From contig OZ218951.1 of assembly GCA_965112735.1 (NCBI GenBank), positions 992,001 to 1,056,000 of the forward strand: a stretch of 64,000 nucleotides of DNA. The letters are read 5' to 3'. Position 1 is the first letter of the stretch, and each line of letters begins with the position of its first letter. Below the pieces are notes generated by a model. That model saw only the letters and a program-made list of their open reading frames with translations. It did not search any database and was not told the DNA's origin. The position numbers and the translations under genes are program-made. The DNA comes from Phaeosaccion multiseriatum (Eukaryota; Protista; Ochrophyta, other classes). Below, in pieces: positions 1 through 15,000 of the stretch.

Positions 1-3000
1 GGCTCTGCCGTTTGGGTATGCGGACTACTCGCAGTGGCAGCGGTCGCGGCTGGACGGGGACAACGGCCTGGCCCTGGAGCAGCTGTTGGAGTACTGGCAG
101 GGGCAGCTAACGGGGGCGTCTACACTGACCCTGCCCCTGGACCGACCGCACGGTGCTTTCGGCCCGCATCTGACGGAGACTGTAAGTCAAGATGGGATTG
201 TGGGGGGGCGCGGCGGGAGTGTCGCTGTTGTTCTGCCGGCTTCGCTGATAGTGAAGCTGAGCAAGCTATGCTCGAGCAGCTCCGCCACGCTGTTTGTGGG
301 GCTCATGGGCGCGTTCCAAGTGCTGCTGGCTCGTGTGTGCGGAGCGGAGGATGTGGTGGTGGGCACTGCGCACTTCGGAAGGGACATGGCGCAAGGCTTG
401 GAAGGAGTGCTGGGATGCTTCGTCAACACCCTCGCGTTCCGTCTGGGCCTGGGAGGAAGCCCCAGCTTTCGGGAGGTGCTGCTTCGCGTACAGGGCGCGT
501 ATCTGGGTGCCATGAAGCATGCCGAGGCACCGTTCCATAAGGTGGTGGAGCGGGCCCAGCTGGGCACAAAGAGTGGTGGCAAGGCGCTACAAGCCTTCTT
601 TGTACTGCAGGAGGGAGATGCCAGCGCCGTGGAGGAGGAGGCCCAGCTGTCAGCTGGAGCACTCCACGAGATCATGACGGAGGAGGCTGGAGAGCGGCAG
701 GCCAATCAGTTTAGCAAGACTGACATCGAGCTAAGCCTTGTGCGCAGCACGGACAGTGCGTCGGACATGCACGGCAGCCTGTGCTACAATACGGCGGTGC
801 TCGACCAGGCCACAATGGAGACCCTGGCGCGGAGCTTCCTGGCGCTGCTGGAGAGTGCAGTGGGCAGGCCGGGCGAGAGCGTGTGGAAGCTGAGTCTCTT
901 GGCACACGAGGACCGTGTGAAGGTGGTGGAGACGCTGAGCGGCGCTGCACTGGTGGCGGAGGATGCCAATGGAGACGAGGAGGGAGGTGCAGAGGAAGCA
1001 TCGCCACCACCGCCCCTCCTGCACGCGGCTTTCGAAGAGATGGCCTCTCGCAGTCCGGAGCAGGAAGCCCTGCACGAGTATGAGACAGGTCGGGTCATGA
1101 GCTACGGGGAGCTGAATGGGCATGCGAATGCGGTGGCATGCATGCTGCAGGGGAGGGGCATGGGGCCGGAGTGCCTGGTGGGGGTGCTGATTGCTGGGGA
1201 CTGCGTGGAGGCGGTTGTGGCAGTGCTGGGCGTGCTCAAGGCCGGGGCGGCGTACGTGCCCCTGGATCCCGAGCATCCCGACGATAGGCTATCGATGATC
1301 GCACAAGATGCCGGGCTGAACGTCGTTCTCACAGCAGCAACTGGGGCGGACCATGTGGAACAAGGCCTCCCCACAGGCGGTAGGTCGGCTCGCTCCGTCG
1401 GAGGCGCGAGCTGTGTGGATGTGAGGACCATGATGCAGCTCGAGGGGGCTGCTACGACAGTCTCTGAGGTGGAGTGTAAGGCCGTCTATAACAATGTGGC
1501 GTATGTGATATACACGTCTGGAAGCACCGGGCGACCGAAGGGTGTGGTGGTCGAGCATAGAAACGCGGCCGGCTTCATGGCGACGATCTACGAAACGTTA
1601 CTGGGCACTATAGACCCTTCGTCACGGGTGCTACTGAGCAGTGCTTTGACTTTCGACATGTCGGTGGCATTGATCTTCGGGGCTCTGTCATGCGGGGCGA
1701 CGCTCTGCCTGGTACAAAGGCTCTCCATGTTGAGCGAGCTGCCAGAGGTTGTGCGCTCGCTTGGGGTATCGTTCTTGGGGTTCACTCCGTCACTACTGTC
1801 TTTGCTCCAACAGCCTCATGGTGGAGAAGTGGGTTTCCCGAGTCTTCGGTCCATCGCGCTTGGGGGAGAGGCCTTACGTCAAGAGCAGGTCGATTACTGG
1901 AAACACCGAGTGCGACTGGGCAATGCTTATGGACCCACAGAGACGGCGGTGGCAGTCACCTGGCACGAGTACACACCGTCTGCCGTGCCGAGCGCGTCCG
2001 TCATCGGCAAGCCTCAAGCCGGCGTGCAAGTGTATGTGGTGGACAAGCGTCTGCAGCTGGTGCCTCGGGGCGTGGATGGCGAGCTGTGCATTGGGGGGAG
2101 ACAGCTGGCGCGTGGGTACTTGAATCGCCCAGAGCTCACGTCGAAGGCCTTCATCCCCGCGCCCTTCTTGGCGGACCAGCGCAGAGTGTATCGTACGGTA
2201 AGTCGAAAAGGTTGCCCATGGGTGTGCGGCTTTGTGTAGTGTGTACATTTGGATTGCTTTTGGCAATCATGTCATGCGGTGAAAAGAAGAGAGCGCAGGG
2301 GGGGGGGGGATGATGGAAGTAGTTCTCTCTGCTACCCTGCGCACTGTTCTGATCTGACGCATCTCAAACTTAAAACCGTTCTGACAGGGCGACTTGGTGC
2401 GGCAGCTGGCAGACGGATCGCGGGTGTTTAGGGGTCGCCGAGACTCTCAAGTGAAGGTGCGCGGCCATCGCATTGAGCTGGGCGAGGTGGAGGCTGCGCT
2501 GCTCCATCAAGAGGGTGTGAGGAGCGCTGTGGCAGCCGTGGACAGAGAACGCGAGACGGTTGTGGCGGCTCTGACACCTTCTAGTGCCGAAGTTGATATG
2601 GTACTGCAAGGAGTGAGCAAGCTGCTACCGGCATACATGGTGCCGAGCACGGCTGTGGCCATGAATGCTCTACCAATGACGAGCAGCGGGAAGCGAGACG
2701 TGAAAGAGCTTCTCAGAGCCATTCGAGAGGCACATGACCATGGCCCTGGCAGGCAGCGGAGCCTAGGCGTCAGCGATGACGCACCTATGGACGACACCAC
2801 CCGTCAAGTGCTCGGCATTATGCGAGAGGCCATTGGGCGACCGGATCTGCGAGCCAGCGGCGACTTGTTCGCCGAGGGAGGCACTTCGCTTGACGCTGCA
2901 AGTGTCACAGCACGCATCCGCGCAGAGGTGCCAGGCTTCGAGGTGAGTGGGATGGAGGGCTGTCTTTCTGGTGTGGCCGGTAGTTCCAAATGGTTTGCTA

Positions 3001-6000
3001 ATATAGTTGTGGACCGTCGGATATCCTTACTCGTTGCTGTACTCAGGCGCTCCAGGTGGCAGAGATGTTCCAGACACCCACCGCGAGGGGTGTGTCTCGC
3101 TTATGTGCGAGCAGGGAGGACACGCTTCCTGGTATGATGATGATATCGCGAGTTGGCGACCATTGTGAGGCTCCAGCGTCGTACCAACAGGAGCACATGC
3201 TGCTGTCGGACCTGGCGCTGCGAGCGGGCGACCCAGACGGGAGGGCGCGATACAACGTGCCCATGCTTCTACCCGTGCCCAGCTCCGAATCGGAGAGAGA
3301 GCCCAGCGAGGTTGTGGACGGCTTGTCCCGTGCCCTGTGCGCCATGGTGGAGCGTCACGATGTTCTGCGATTGGCGCTAGGCTGGTCACCGGAGGGGACG
3401 CTGCAGCAGGTGCGGCTGCAGACCACAGCAGCGGAGGTTGTGGCGTCAGTGCTTCTGTCCGCCGAGGCGAACAGCATCGAAGAGGCCGAGAGCGTGCTAT
3501 TGGCAGAGGCGGGGCGCCTGTTTGACGTGGAGGAGGAAAGGCCACTCTGGCGCAGCACCATCGTCACCGTTGCACCGCCCCAGGAAGGTGAGAAGGAGCA
3601 CCCGCTGGGGCGGCAAGCGGTGCTGTGTGTCTTCCACCACTCCATCATGGATGGGTGGTCATCCAAGCTGTTCTCGCGCGAGCTGTTGGTCCTGTGGGGG
3701 GCTGTCGCGTCTGGCCGAGAGGCGACGAAGGCGCTAGCGGCTCTGCCGTTTGGGTATGCGGACTACTCCCTGTGGCAGCGGTCGCGACTGGACGGGGACA
3801 ACGGCCTGGCCCTGGAGCAGCTGTTGGAGTACTGGCAGGGGCAGCTAACGGGGGCGTCTACACTGACTCTGCCCCTGGACCGACCGCACGGTGCTTTCGG
3901 CCCGCATCTGACGGAGACTGTAGGTCAAGATGGGGTTGTGGGGGGGGGCGGCGGGAGTGTCGCAGTTGTTCTACCGGCTTCGCTGATAGTGAAGCTGAGC
4001 AACCTATGCTCGAGCAGCTCCGTCACGCTGTTTGTGGGGCTCATGGGCGTGTTCCAAGTGCTGCTGGCTCGTGTGTGCGGAGCGGAAGATGTGGTGGTGG
4101 GCACTGCGCACTTCGGAAGGGACATGGCGCAAGGCTTGGAGGGCGTGCTGGGATGCTTCGTCAACACCCTCGTGTTCCGTCTGGGCCTAGGAGGAAGCCC
4201 CAGCTTTCGGGAGGTGCTGCTTCGCGTACAAGTCGCGTATCTGGGTGCCATGAAGCATGCCGAGGCACCGTTCCACAAGGTGGTGGAGCGGGCCCAGCTG
4301 GGTAGAAAGAGTGGTGGCAAGGCGCTACAAGCCTTCTTTGTACTGCAGGAGGGAGATGCCAGCGCCGTGGAGGAGGAGGCCCTGCTGTCAGCTGGAGCAC
4401 TCCACAAGATCATGACGGAGGGTGCTGGAGAGCAGCAGGCCAATCAGTTTAGCAAGACTGACATCGAGCTAAGCCTTGTGCGCAGCACGGGCAGTGCGTC
4501 GGACATGCACGGCAGCCTGTGCTACAATACGGCGGTGCTCGACCAGGCCACAGTGGAGACCCTGGCGCGGAGCTTCCTGGCGCTGCTGGAGAGTGCAGTG
4601 GGCAGGCCGGGCGAGAGCGTGTGGAAGCTGAGTCTCTTGGCACACGAGGACCGTGTGAAGGTGGTGGAGACGTTGAGCGGCGCTGCACTGGTGGCGGAGG
4701 ATGCCAATGGAGACGAGGAGGGAGGTGCAGAGGAAGCATCGCCACCACCGCCCCTCCTGCACGCGGCTTTCGAAGAGGTGTCGTCTCGCAGTCCGGAGCA
4801 GGAAGCCCTGCACGAGTATGAGACGGGTCGGGTCATGAGCTACGGGGAGCTGAATGGGCATGCGAATGCGGTGGCATGCATGCTGCAGGGGAGAGGCGTA
4901 GGGCCGGAGTGCCTGGTGGGGGTGCTGATTGCTGGGGACTGCGTGGAGGCGATTGTGGCAGTGCTGGGCGTGCTCAAGGCCGGGGCGGCGTACGTGCCCC
5001 TGGATCCCGAGCATCCCGACGATAGGCTATCGATGATCGCACAAGACGCCGGGCTGAGCGTCGTTCTGACGACGGCAAAGGCAGCAGGCGAGTCTGAGGT
5101 GCTGGCATCCGCCGATGCCAGCTTAGCGCGGCGTGTCGGAGACGCGAGCTGTGTGGACGTGGTGGCTGTGATGCAAGTGGAGAGTACAGCGGAGCCTGTG
5201 TGCCACGCGGTGGGCGAGAGCATGGCGTACGTGATTTTCACGTCGGGAAGCACCGGGCTGCCGAAGGGCGTGATGATTGAGCACAGAAGCACGGCCTGCT
5301 TCATGGCGACTCTCTACGAAGAGGAACTGACGATAACGGCATCTTCTCGTGTGCTCCTGAGTGCTGCTCTGACATTTGATGCGTCTGTGGAGCTGCTGTT
5401 CGGGACGTTGTCGTGTGGGGCGACGCTGTGCTTGGCAGAGAAGGGCTCCATGCTGAACGACCTGCCGGAGCTGATACGGTCTTTGAAGGTGACGGACATT
5501 CATTGCACCCCTTCACTGCTGTCGCTGCTTCGGCCGCACGACATCGCCACAGGGGCGCAGGAGGCTACCCTACGGTCGATCGCTTTGGGTGGGGAACCGA
5601 TAAAGCAAGACCAAGTGGACATGTGGAGGCACCGTGTGCGCCTTGTGAATAGCTACGGCCCAACCGAGGCAACTATTGCCGTGATCGCACATGAGTACTC
5701 CTCTAGGGCTCTGTCGAGCGCGTCCGTCATCGGCAAGCCTCGAGCCGGCGTGCAAGTGTATGTGGTGGACAAGCGTCTGCAGCTGGTGCCTCAGGGCGTG
5801 GAGGGCGAGCTGTGCATTGGGGGGAGACAGCTGGCGCGTGGGTACTTGAATCGCCCAGAGCTCACGTCGAAGGCCTTCATCCCCGCGCCCTTCTTGGCGG
5901 ACCAGTGCAGAGTGTATCGTACGGTAAGTCGAAAAGGTTGCCCATGGGTGTGCGGCTTTGTGTAGTGTGTACATTTGGATTGCTTTTGGCAATCATGTCA

Positions 6001-9000
6001 TGCGGTGAAAAGAAGAGAGCGCAGGGGGGGGGGGATGGAGGTAGTTCTCTCTGTTGCCCTTTGCACTGCTCTGATCTGACGCGTGTCAAACTTAAAACCG
6101 TTCTGACAGGGTGACTTGGTGCGGCAGCTGGCAGACGGATCGCTGGTGTTTAGGGGTCGCCAAGACTCCCAAGTGAAGGTGCGCGGCTATCGCATTGAGC
6201 TGGGCGAGGTGGAGGCTGCGCTGCTCCATCAAGAGGGGGTGAGGAGCGCTGTGGCCGCCGTGGACAGAGACGGCGAGGCGGTTGTGGCGGCTCTGACACC
6301 TTCAAGTGCCGAAGTTGATATGGTGCTGCAAGGAGTGAGCAAGCTGCTACCGGCATACATGGTGCCGAGCACGGCTGTGGCCATGGATGCTCTACCAATG
6401 ACGAGCAGCGGCAAGCGAGACGTGAAAGGGCTTCTCAGAGCCATTCGAGAGGCACATGACCATGGCCATGGCAGGCAGCGGAGCCTAGGCGTCCGCGATG
6501 ACGCACCTATGGACGACACCACCCGTCAAGTGCTCGGCATTATGCGAGAGGCCATTGGGCGACCGGATCTGCGAGCCAGCGACGACTTGTTCGCCGAGGG
6601 AGGCACTTCGCTTGACGCTGCAAGTGTCACAGCACGCATCCGCGCAGAGGTGCCAGGCTTCGAGGTGAGTGGGATGGAGGGCTGTCTTTCTGGTGTGGCC
6701 GGTAGTTCCAAATGGTTTGCTAATATAGTTGTGGACCGTCGGATATCCTTACTCGTTGCTGTACTCAGGCGCTCCAGGTGGCAGAGATGTTCCAGACACC
6801 CACCGCGAGGGGTGTGTCTCGCTTATGTGCGAGCAGGGAGGACACGCTTCCTGGTATGATGATGATATCGCGAGTTGGCGACCATTGTGAGGCTCCAGCG
6901 TCGTACCAACAGGAGCACATGCTGCTGTCGGACCTGGCGCTGCGAGCGGGCGACCCAGACGGGAGGGCGCGATACAACGTGCCCATGCTTCTACCCGTGC
7001 CCAGCTCCGAATCGGAGAGAGAGCCCAGCGAGGTTGTGGACGGCTTGTCCCGTGCCCTGTGCGCCATGGTGGAGCGTCACGATGTTCTGCGATTGGCGCT
7101 AGGCTGGTCACCGGAGGGGACGCTGCAGCAGGTGCGGCTGCAGACCACAGCAGCGGAGGTTGTGGCGTCAGTGCTTCTGTCCGCCGAGGCGAACAGCATC
7201 GAAGAGGCCGAGAGCGTGCTATTGGCAGAGGCGGGGCGCCTGTTTGACGTGGAGGAGGAAAGGCCACTCTGGCGCAGCACCATCGTCACCGTTGCACCGC
7301 CCCAGGAAGGTGAGAAGGAGCACCCGCTGGGGCGGCAAGCGGTGCTGTGTGTCTTCCACCACTCCATCATGGATGGGTGGTCATCCAAGCTGTTCTCGCG
7401 CGAGCTGTTGGTCCTGTGGGGGGCTGTCGCGTCTGGCCGAGAGGCGACGAAGGCGCTAGCGGCTCTGCCGTTTGGGTATGCGGACTACTCCCTGTGGCAG
7501 CGGTCGCGACTGGACGGGGACAACGGCCTGGCCCTGGAGCAGCTGTTGGAGTACTGGCAGGGGCAGCTAACGGGGGCGTCTACACTGACCCTGCCCCTGG
7601 ACCGACCGCACGGTGCTTTCGGCCCGCATCTGACGGAGACTATAGGTCAAGATGGGATTGTGGGGGGGCGCGGCGGGAGTGTCGCTGTTGTTCTGCCGGC
7701 TTCGCTGATAGTGAAGCTGAGCAACCTATGCTCGGGCAGCTCCGCCACGTTGTTTGTGGGGCTCATGGGCGCGTTCCAAGTGCTGCTGGCTCGTGTGTGC
7801 GGAGCGGAGGATGTGGTGGTGGGCACTGCGCACTTCGGAAGAGACGTGGCGCAAGGCTTGGAGGGCGTGCTGGGATGCTTCGTCAACACCCTCGCGTTCC
7901 GTCTGGGCCTGGGAGGAAGCCCCAGCTTTCGGGAGGTGCTGCTTCGCGTACAAGTCGCGTATCTGGGTGCCATGAAGCATGCCGAGGCACCGTTCCACAA
8001 GGTGGTGGAGCGGGCCCAGCTGGGCAGAAAGAGTGGTGGCAAGGCGCTGCAGGCCTTCTTTTTACTGCAGGAGGGAAATGCCAGCGCCGTGGAGGAGGAG
8101 GCCCAGCTGTCAGCTGGAGCACTCCACAAGATCATGACGGAGGAGGCTGGAGAGCAGCAGGCCAATAATCTTAGCAAGACTGACATCGAGCTATGCCTTG
8201 TGCGCAGCACGGACAGTGCGTCGGACATGCACGGCAGCCTGTGCTACAATATGGCGGTGTTCGACCAGGCCACAGTGGAGACCCTGGCGCGGAGCTTCCT
8301 GGCGCTGCTGGAGAGTGCAGTGGGCAGGCCGGGCGAGAGCGTGTGGAAGCTGAGTCTCTTGGCACACGAGGACCATGTGAAGGTGGTGGAGACGTTGAGC
8401 GGCGCTGCACTGGTGGCGGGGGATGCCAATGGAGATGAGGAGGGAGGTGCAGAGGAAGCATCGCCACCACCGCCCCTCCTGCACGCGGCTTTCGAAGAGA
8501 TGGCCTCTCGTAGTCCGGAGCAGGAAGCCCTGCACGAGTATGAGACGGGTCGAGTCATGAGCTACGGGGAGCTGAATGGGCATGCGAATGCGGTGGCATG
8601 CATGCTGCAGGGGAGAGGCGTGGGGCCGGAGTGCCTGGTGGGGGTGCTGATTGCTGGGGACTGCGTGGAGGCGGTTGTGGCAGTGCTGGGCGTGCTCAAG
8701 GCCGGGGCGGCGTACGTGCCCCTGGATCCCGAGCATCCCGACGATAGGCTATCGATGATCGCACAAGACGCCGGGCTGAGTGTCGTTCTGACGACGGCAA
8801 AGGCAGTAGGCGAGTCTGAGGGGCTGGTAACCGCCGATGCCAGCTTAGCGCGGCGTGTCGGAGACGCGAGCTGTGTGGACGTGGTGGCTGTGATGCAAGT
8901 GGAGAGTACAGCGGAGCCTGTGTGCCACGCCGTGGGCGAGAACATGGCGTACGTGATCTACACATCCGGTAGTACCGGCCGGCCAAAGGGCGTGATGATT

Positions 9001-12000
9001 GAGCACAGAAGCACGGCCAGCTTCATGGCGACTCTCTACGAAGAGGAACTGACGATAACGGCATCTTCTCGTGTGCTCCTGAGTGCTGCTTTGACATTTG
9101 ATGTGTCTGTGGCGTCGCTGTTTGGGCCGTTGTCGTGTGGGGCGACGCTGTGCTTGGCAGAGAAGGGCTCCATGCTGAACGACCTGCCGGAGGTGATACG
9201 GTCTTTGAGGGTAACAGACATGTACTGCACCCCTTCACTGCTGTCGCTGCTTCGACCGGATGACATCACCAATGGAGCTAAGGAGGCCACCTTACGGTCC
9301 ATCGCATTGATTGGGGAGCCGATCAAGGAAGGCCAAGTGGACATGTGGAGGCGCAGTGTTCGCCTTGTCAATAGCTACGGCCCAACAGAGGCGACGGTTT
9401 CCGCTACCGCACATGAGTACAGTCCGGGTGCCCTGTCGAGTGGGTTCGTCATCGGCAAGCCTCGAGCCGGCGTGCAAGTGTATGTGGTGGACAAGCGTCT
9501 GCAGCTGGTGCCTCAGGGCGTGGAGGGCGAGCTGTGCATTGGGGGGAGACAGCTGGCGCGTGGGTACTTGAATCGCCCAGAGCTCACGTCGCAGGCCTTC
9601 ATCCCCGCGCCCTTCCTGACGGATCAGCGCAGAGTGTATCGTACGGTAAGTCGCAAAGGTGGCCCATGGGTGTGCGGCTTTGTGTGTGTGCGTGTGTTGT
9701 GTGTACATTTGGCTTGCTTTTGGCCTGTCATGCGGTGAAAAGAAGAGAGCGCAGGGGGGGGGGGATGGAGGTAGTTCTCTTTGCTGCCCTGTGCACTGTT
9801 CTGATATGACGCATCTCAAACTTAACACGTTCTGACAGGGTGACTTGGTGCGGCAGCTGGCAGACGGATCGCTGGTGTTTAGGGGTCGCCGAGACTCTCA
9901 AGTGAAGGTGCGCGGCCATCGCATTGAGCTGGGCGAGGTGGAGGCTGCGCTGCTCCATCAAGAAGGTGTGAGGAGCGCTGTGGCAGCCGTGGACATTGAG
10001 CGCGAGACGGTTGTGGCGGCTCTGACACCTTCTAGCGCCGAAGTCGAGATGGTGCTGCAAGGAGTGAGCAAGCTGCTACCGGCATACATGGTGCCGAGCA
10101 CGGCTGTGGCCATGGATGCTCTACCGATGACGAGCAGCGGCAAGCGAGACGTGACAGAGGTTCTCAGAGCCATTCGAGAGGCACATGACCATGGCCCTGG
10201 CAGGCAGCGGAGCCTAGGCGTCCGCGATGACGCACCTATGGACGACACCACCCGTCAAGTGCTCGGCATTATGCGAGAGGCCATTGGGCGACCGGATCTG
10301 CGAGCCAGCGGCGACTTGTTCGCCGAGGGAGGCACTTCGCTTGACGCTGCAAGTGTCACAGCACGCATCCGCGCAGAGGTGCCAGGCTTCGAGGTGAGTG
10401 GGATGGAGGGCTGTCTTTCTGGTGTGGCCGGTAGTTCCAAATGGTTTGCTAATATAGTTGTGGACCGTCGGATATCCTTACTCGTTGCTGTACTCAGGCG
10501 CTCCAGGTGGCAGAGATGTTCCAGACACCCACCGCGAGGGGTGTGTCTCGCTTATGTGCGAGCAGGGAGGACACGCTTCCTGGTATGATGATGATATCGC
10601 GAGTTGGCGACCATCGTGAGGCTCCAGCGTCGTACCAACAGGAGCACATGCTGCTGTCGGACCTGGCGCTGCGAGCGGGCGACCCAGACGGGAGGGCGCG
10701 ATACAACGTGCCCATGCTGCTACCCGTGTCCAGCTCCGAATCGGAGAGAGAGCCCAGCGAGGTTGTGGACGGCTTGTCCCGTGCCCTGTGTGCCATGGTG
10801 GAGCGTCACGATGTTCTGCGATTGGCGCTAGGCTGGTCACCGGAGGGGACGCTGCAGCCGGTGCGGCTGCAGACCACAGCAGCGGAGGTTGTGGCGTCAG
10901 TGCTCCTGTCCGCCGAGGCGAACAGCATCAAAGAGGCCGAGAGCGTGCTATTGGCAGAGGCGGGGCGCCTGTTTGACTTGGAGGAGGAAAGGCCACTCTG
11001 GCGCAGCACCATCGTCACCGTTGCACCGCCCCAGGATGATGAGAAGGAGCACCCGCTGGGGCGGCAAGCGGTGCTGTGTGTCTTCCACCACTCCATCATG
11101 GATGGGTGGTCATCCAAGCTGTTCTCGCGCGAGCTGTTGGTCATGTGGGGGGCTGTCGTGTCTGGCCGAGAGGCGACGAAGGCGCTAGCGGCTCTGCCGT
11201 TTGGGTATGCGGACTACTCGCGGTGGCAACGGTCGCGACTGGACGGGGACAACGGCCTGGCCCTGGAGCAGCTGTTGGAGTACTGGCAGGGGCAGCTAAC
11301 GGGGGCGTCTTCACTGACCCTGCCCCTGGACCGACCGCACGGTGCTTTCGGCCCGCATCTGACGGAGACTGTAAGTCAAGATGGGATTGTGGGGGGGGGC
11401 GGCGGGAGTGTTGCTGTTGTTCTGCCGGCTTCGCTGATAGTGAAGCTGAGCAACCTATGCTCGAGCAGCTCCGTCACGCTGTTTGTGGGGCTCATGGGCG
11501 CGTTCCAAGTGCTGCTGGCTCGTGTGTGCGGAGCGGAGGATGTGGTGGTGGGCACTGCGCACTTCGGAAGAGACGTGGCGCAAGGCTTGGAGGGCGTGCT
11601 GGGATGCTTCGTCAACACCCTCGCGTTCCGTCTGGGCCTGGGAGGAAGCCCCAGCTTTCGGGAGGTGCTGCTTCGCGTACAAGTCGCGTATCTGGGTGCC
11701 ATGAAGCATGCCGAGGCACCGTTCCACAAGGTGGTGGAGCGGGCCCAGCTGGGCAGAAAGAGTGGTGGTAAGGCGCTACAAGCCTTCTTTGTACTGCAGG
11801 AGGGAAATGCCAGCGCCGTGGAGGAGGAGGCCCAGCTGTCAGCTGGAGCACTCCACAAGATCATGACGGAGGAGGCTGGAGAGCAGCAGGCCAATAATCT
11901 TAGCAAGACTGACATCCAGCTAAGCCTTGTGCGCCGCAGCACGGACAGTGCGTCGGACATGCACGGCAGCCTGTGCTACAATACGGCGGTGCTCGACCAG

Positions 12001-15000
12001 CCCACAGTGGAGACCCTGGCGCGGAGCTTCCTGGCGCTGCTGGAGAGTGCAGTGGGCAGGCCGGGCGAGAGCGTGTGGAAGCTGAGTCTCTTGGCACACG
12101 AGGACCGTGTGAAGGTGGTGGAGACGCTGAGCGGCGCTGCACTGGTGGCGGGGGATGCCAATGGAGATGAGGAGGGAGGTGCAGAGGAAGCATCGCCACC
12201 ACCGCCCCTCCTGCACGCGGCTTTCGAAGAGGTGGCCTCTTGTAGTCCGGAGCAGGAAGCCCTGCACGAGTATGAGACAGGTCGATTGATGAGCTACGGG
12301 GAGCTGAATGGGCATGCGAATGCGGTGGCGTGCATGCTGCAGGGGAGAGGCGTGGGGCCGGAGTGCCTGGTGGGGGTGCTGATTGCTGGGGACTGCGTGG
12401 AGGCGGTTGTGGCAGAGCTGGGCGTGCTCAAGGCCGGGGCGGCGTACGTGCCCCTGGATCCCGAGCATCCCGACGATAGGCTGTCGATGATCGCACAAGA
12501 CGCCGGGCTGAGCGTCGTTCTCACAGCAGCATCTGGGGCGGACCATGTGGAACAAGGCCTCCCCACAGGAGGTAGGTCGGCTCGCACCGTTGGAGGCGCG
12601 AGCTGCGTGGATGTCAGGACCATGATGCAGCTCGAGGGGGCTGCTACGACAGTCTCTGAGGTGGAGTGTAAGGCCGCCGATATCAATGTGGCGTATGTGA
12701 TATACACATCTGGAAGCACCGGGCGACCCAAGGGTGTGGTGGTCGAGCATAGAAACACGGCCAGCTTCATGGCGACTCTCTACGAGGCGGAATTGGGCAC
12801 CATAGACCCTTCGTCACGGGTTCTGCTGAGCAGCGCTTTGACTTTCGATATGTCAGTGGCGTTGATCTTCGGGGCTCTGTCATGCGGGGCGACGCTGTGC
12901 CTGGTGCAAAAGCTCTCCATGTTGAGCGAGCTGCCAGAGGTTGTGCGCTCGCTAGGGGTATCGTTCTTGGTGTGCACTCCGTCACTTCTGTCTTTGCTCC
13001 CACAGCCTCATGGTGGAGAAGCGGCTTTCCCGAGTCTTCGGTCGATCGCGCTTGGGGGAGAGGCCTTACATCAAGAGCAGGTCGACTACTGGAAGCACCG
13101 AGTGCGACTGGGCAATGCTTATGGACCCACAGAGACGGCGATGGCAGTCACCTGGCACGAGCACACACCTGGGGCCCTGTCGAGTGGGTTCGTCCTCGGC
13201 AAGCCTCGAGCCGGCGTGCAAGTGTATGTGGTGGACAAGCGTCTGCAGCTGGTGCCTCGGGGCGTGGATGGCGAGCTGTGCATTGGGGGGAGACAGCTGG
13301 CGCGTGGGTACTTGAATCGCCCAGAGCTCACGTCGAAGGCCTTCATCCCCGCGCCCTTCTTGACGGACCAGCGCAGGGTGTATCGTACGGTAAGTGGAAA
13401 CGGTTGCCCATGGGTGTGGCTTTGTGTGTGTGCGTGTGTTGTGTGTACATTTGGCTTGCTTTTGGCCTGTCATGCGGTGAAAAGAAGAGAGCGCAGGGGG
13501 GGGGGGATGGAGGTAGTTCTCTTTGCTGCCCTGTGCACTGTTCTGATATGACGCATCTCAAACTTAACACGTTCTGACAGGGTGACTTGGTGCGGCAGCT
13601 GGCAGACGGATCGCTGGTGTTTAGGGGTCGCCGAGACTCTCAAGTGAAGGTGCGCGGCCATCGCATTGAGCTGGGCGAGGTGGAGGCTGCGCTGCTCCAT
13701 CAAGAAGGTGTGAGGAGCGCTGTGGCAGCCGTGGACATTGAGCGCGAGACGGTTGTGGCGGCTCTGACACCTTCTAGCGCCGAAGTCGAGATGGTGCTGC
13801 AAGGAGTGAGCAAGCTGCTACCGGCATACATGGTGCCGAGCACGGCTGTGGCCATGGATGCTCTACCGATGACGAGCAGCGGCAAGCGAGACGTGACAGA
13901 GGTTCTCAGAGCCATTCGAGAGGCACATGACCATGGCCCTGGCAGGCAGCGGAGCCTAGGCGTCCGCGATGACGCACCTATGGACGACACCACCCGTCAA
14001 GTGCTCGGCATTATGCGAGAGGCCATTGGGCGACCGGATCTGCGAGCCAGCGGCGACTTGTTCGCCGAGGGAGGCACTTCGCTTGACGCTGCAAGTGTCA
14101 CAGCACGCATCCGCGCAGAGGTGCCAGGCTTCGAGGTGAGTGGGATGGAGGGCTGTCTTTCTGGTGTGGCCGGTAGTTCCAAATGGTTTGCTAATATAGT
14201 TGTGGACCGTCGGATATCCTTACTCGTTGCTGTACTCAGGCGCTCCAGGTGGCAGAGATGTTCCAGACACCCACCGCGAGGGGTGTGTCTCGCTTATGTG
14301 CGAGCAGGGAGGACACGCTTCCTGGTATGATGATGATATCGCGAGTTGGCGACCATCGTGAGGCTCCAGCGTCGTACCAACAGGAGCACATGCTGCTGTC
14401 GGACCTGGCGCTGCGAGCGGGCGACCCAGACGGGAGGGCGCGATACAACGTGCCCATGCTTCTACCCGTGTCCAGCTCCGAATCGGAGAGAGAGCCCAGC
14501 GAGGTTGTGGACGGCTTGTCCCGTGCCCTGTGTGCCATGGTGGAGCGTCACGATGTTCTGCGATTGGCGCTAGGCTGGTCACCGGAGGGGACGCTGCAGC
14601 AGGTGCGGCTGCAGACCACAGTAGCGGAGGTTGTGGCGTCAGTGCTTCTGTCCGCCGAGGCGAACAGCATCGAAGAGGCCGAGAGCGTGCTATTGGCAGA
14701 GGCGGGGCGCCTGTTTGACGTGGAGGAGGAAAGGCCACTCTGGCGCAGCACCATCGTCACCGTTGCACCGCCCCAGGATGATGAGAAGGAGTACCCGCTG
14801 GGGCGGCAAGCGGTGCTGTGCGTCTTCCATCACTCCATCATGGATGGGTGGTCATCCAAGCTGTTCTCGCGCGAGCTGTTGGTCCTGTGGGGGGCTGTCG
14901 CGTCTGGCCGAGAGGCGACGAAGGCGCTAGCGGCTCTGCCGTTTGGGTATGCGGACTACTCCCTGTGGCAGCGGTCGCGACTGGACGGGGACAACGGCCT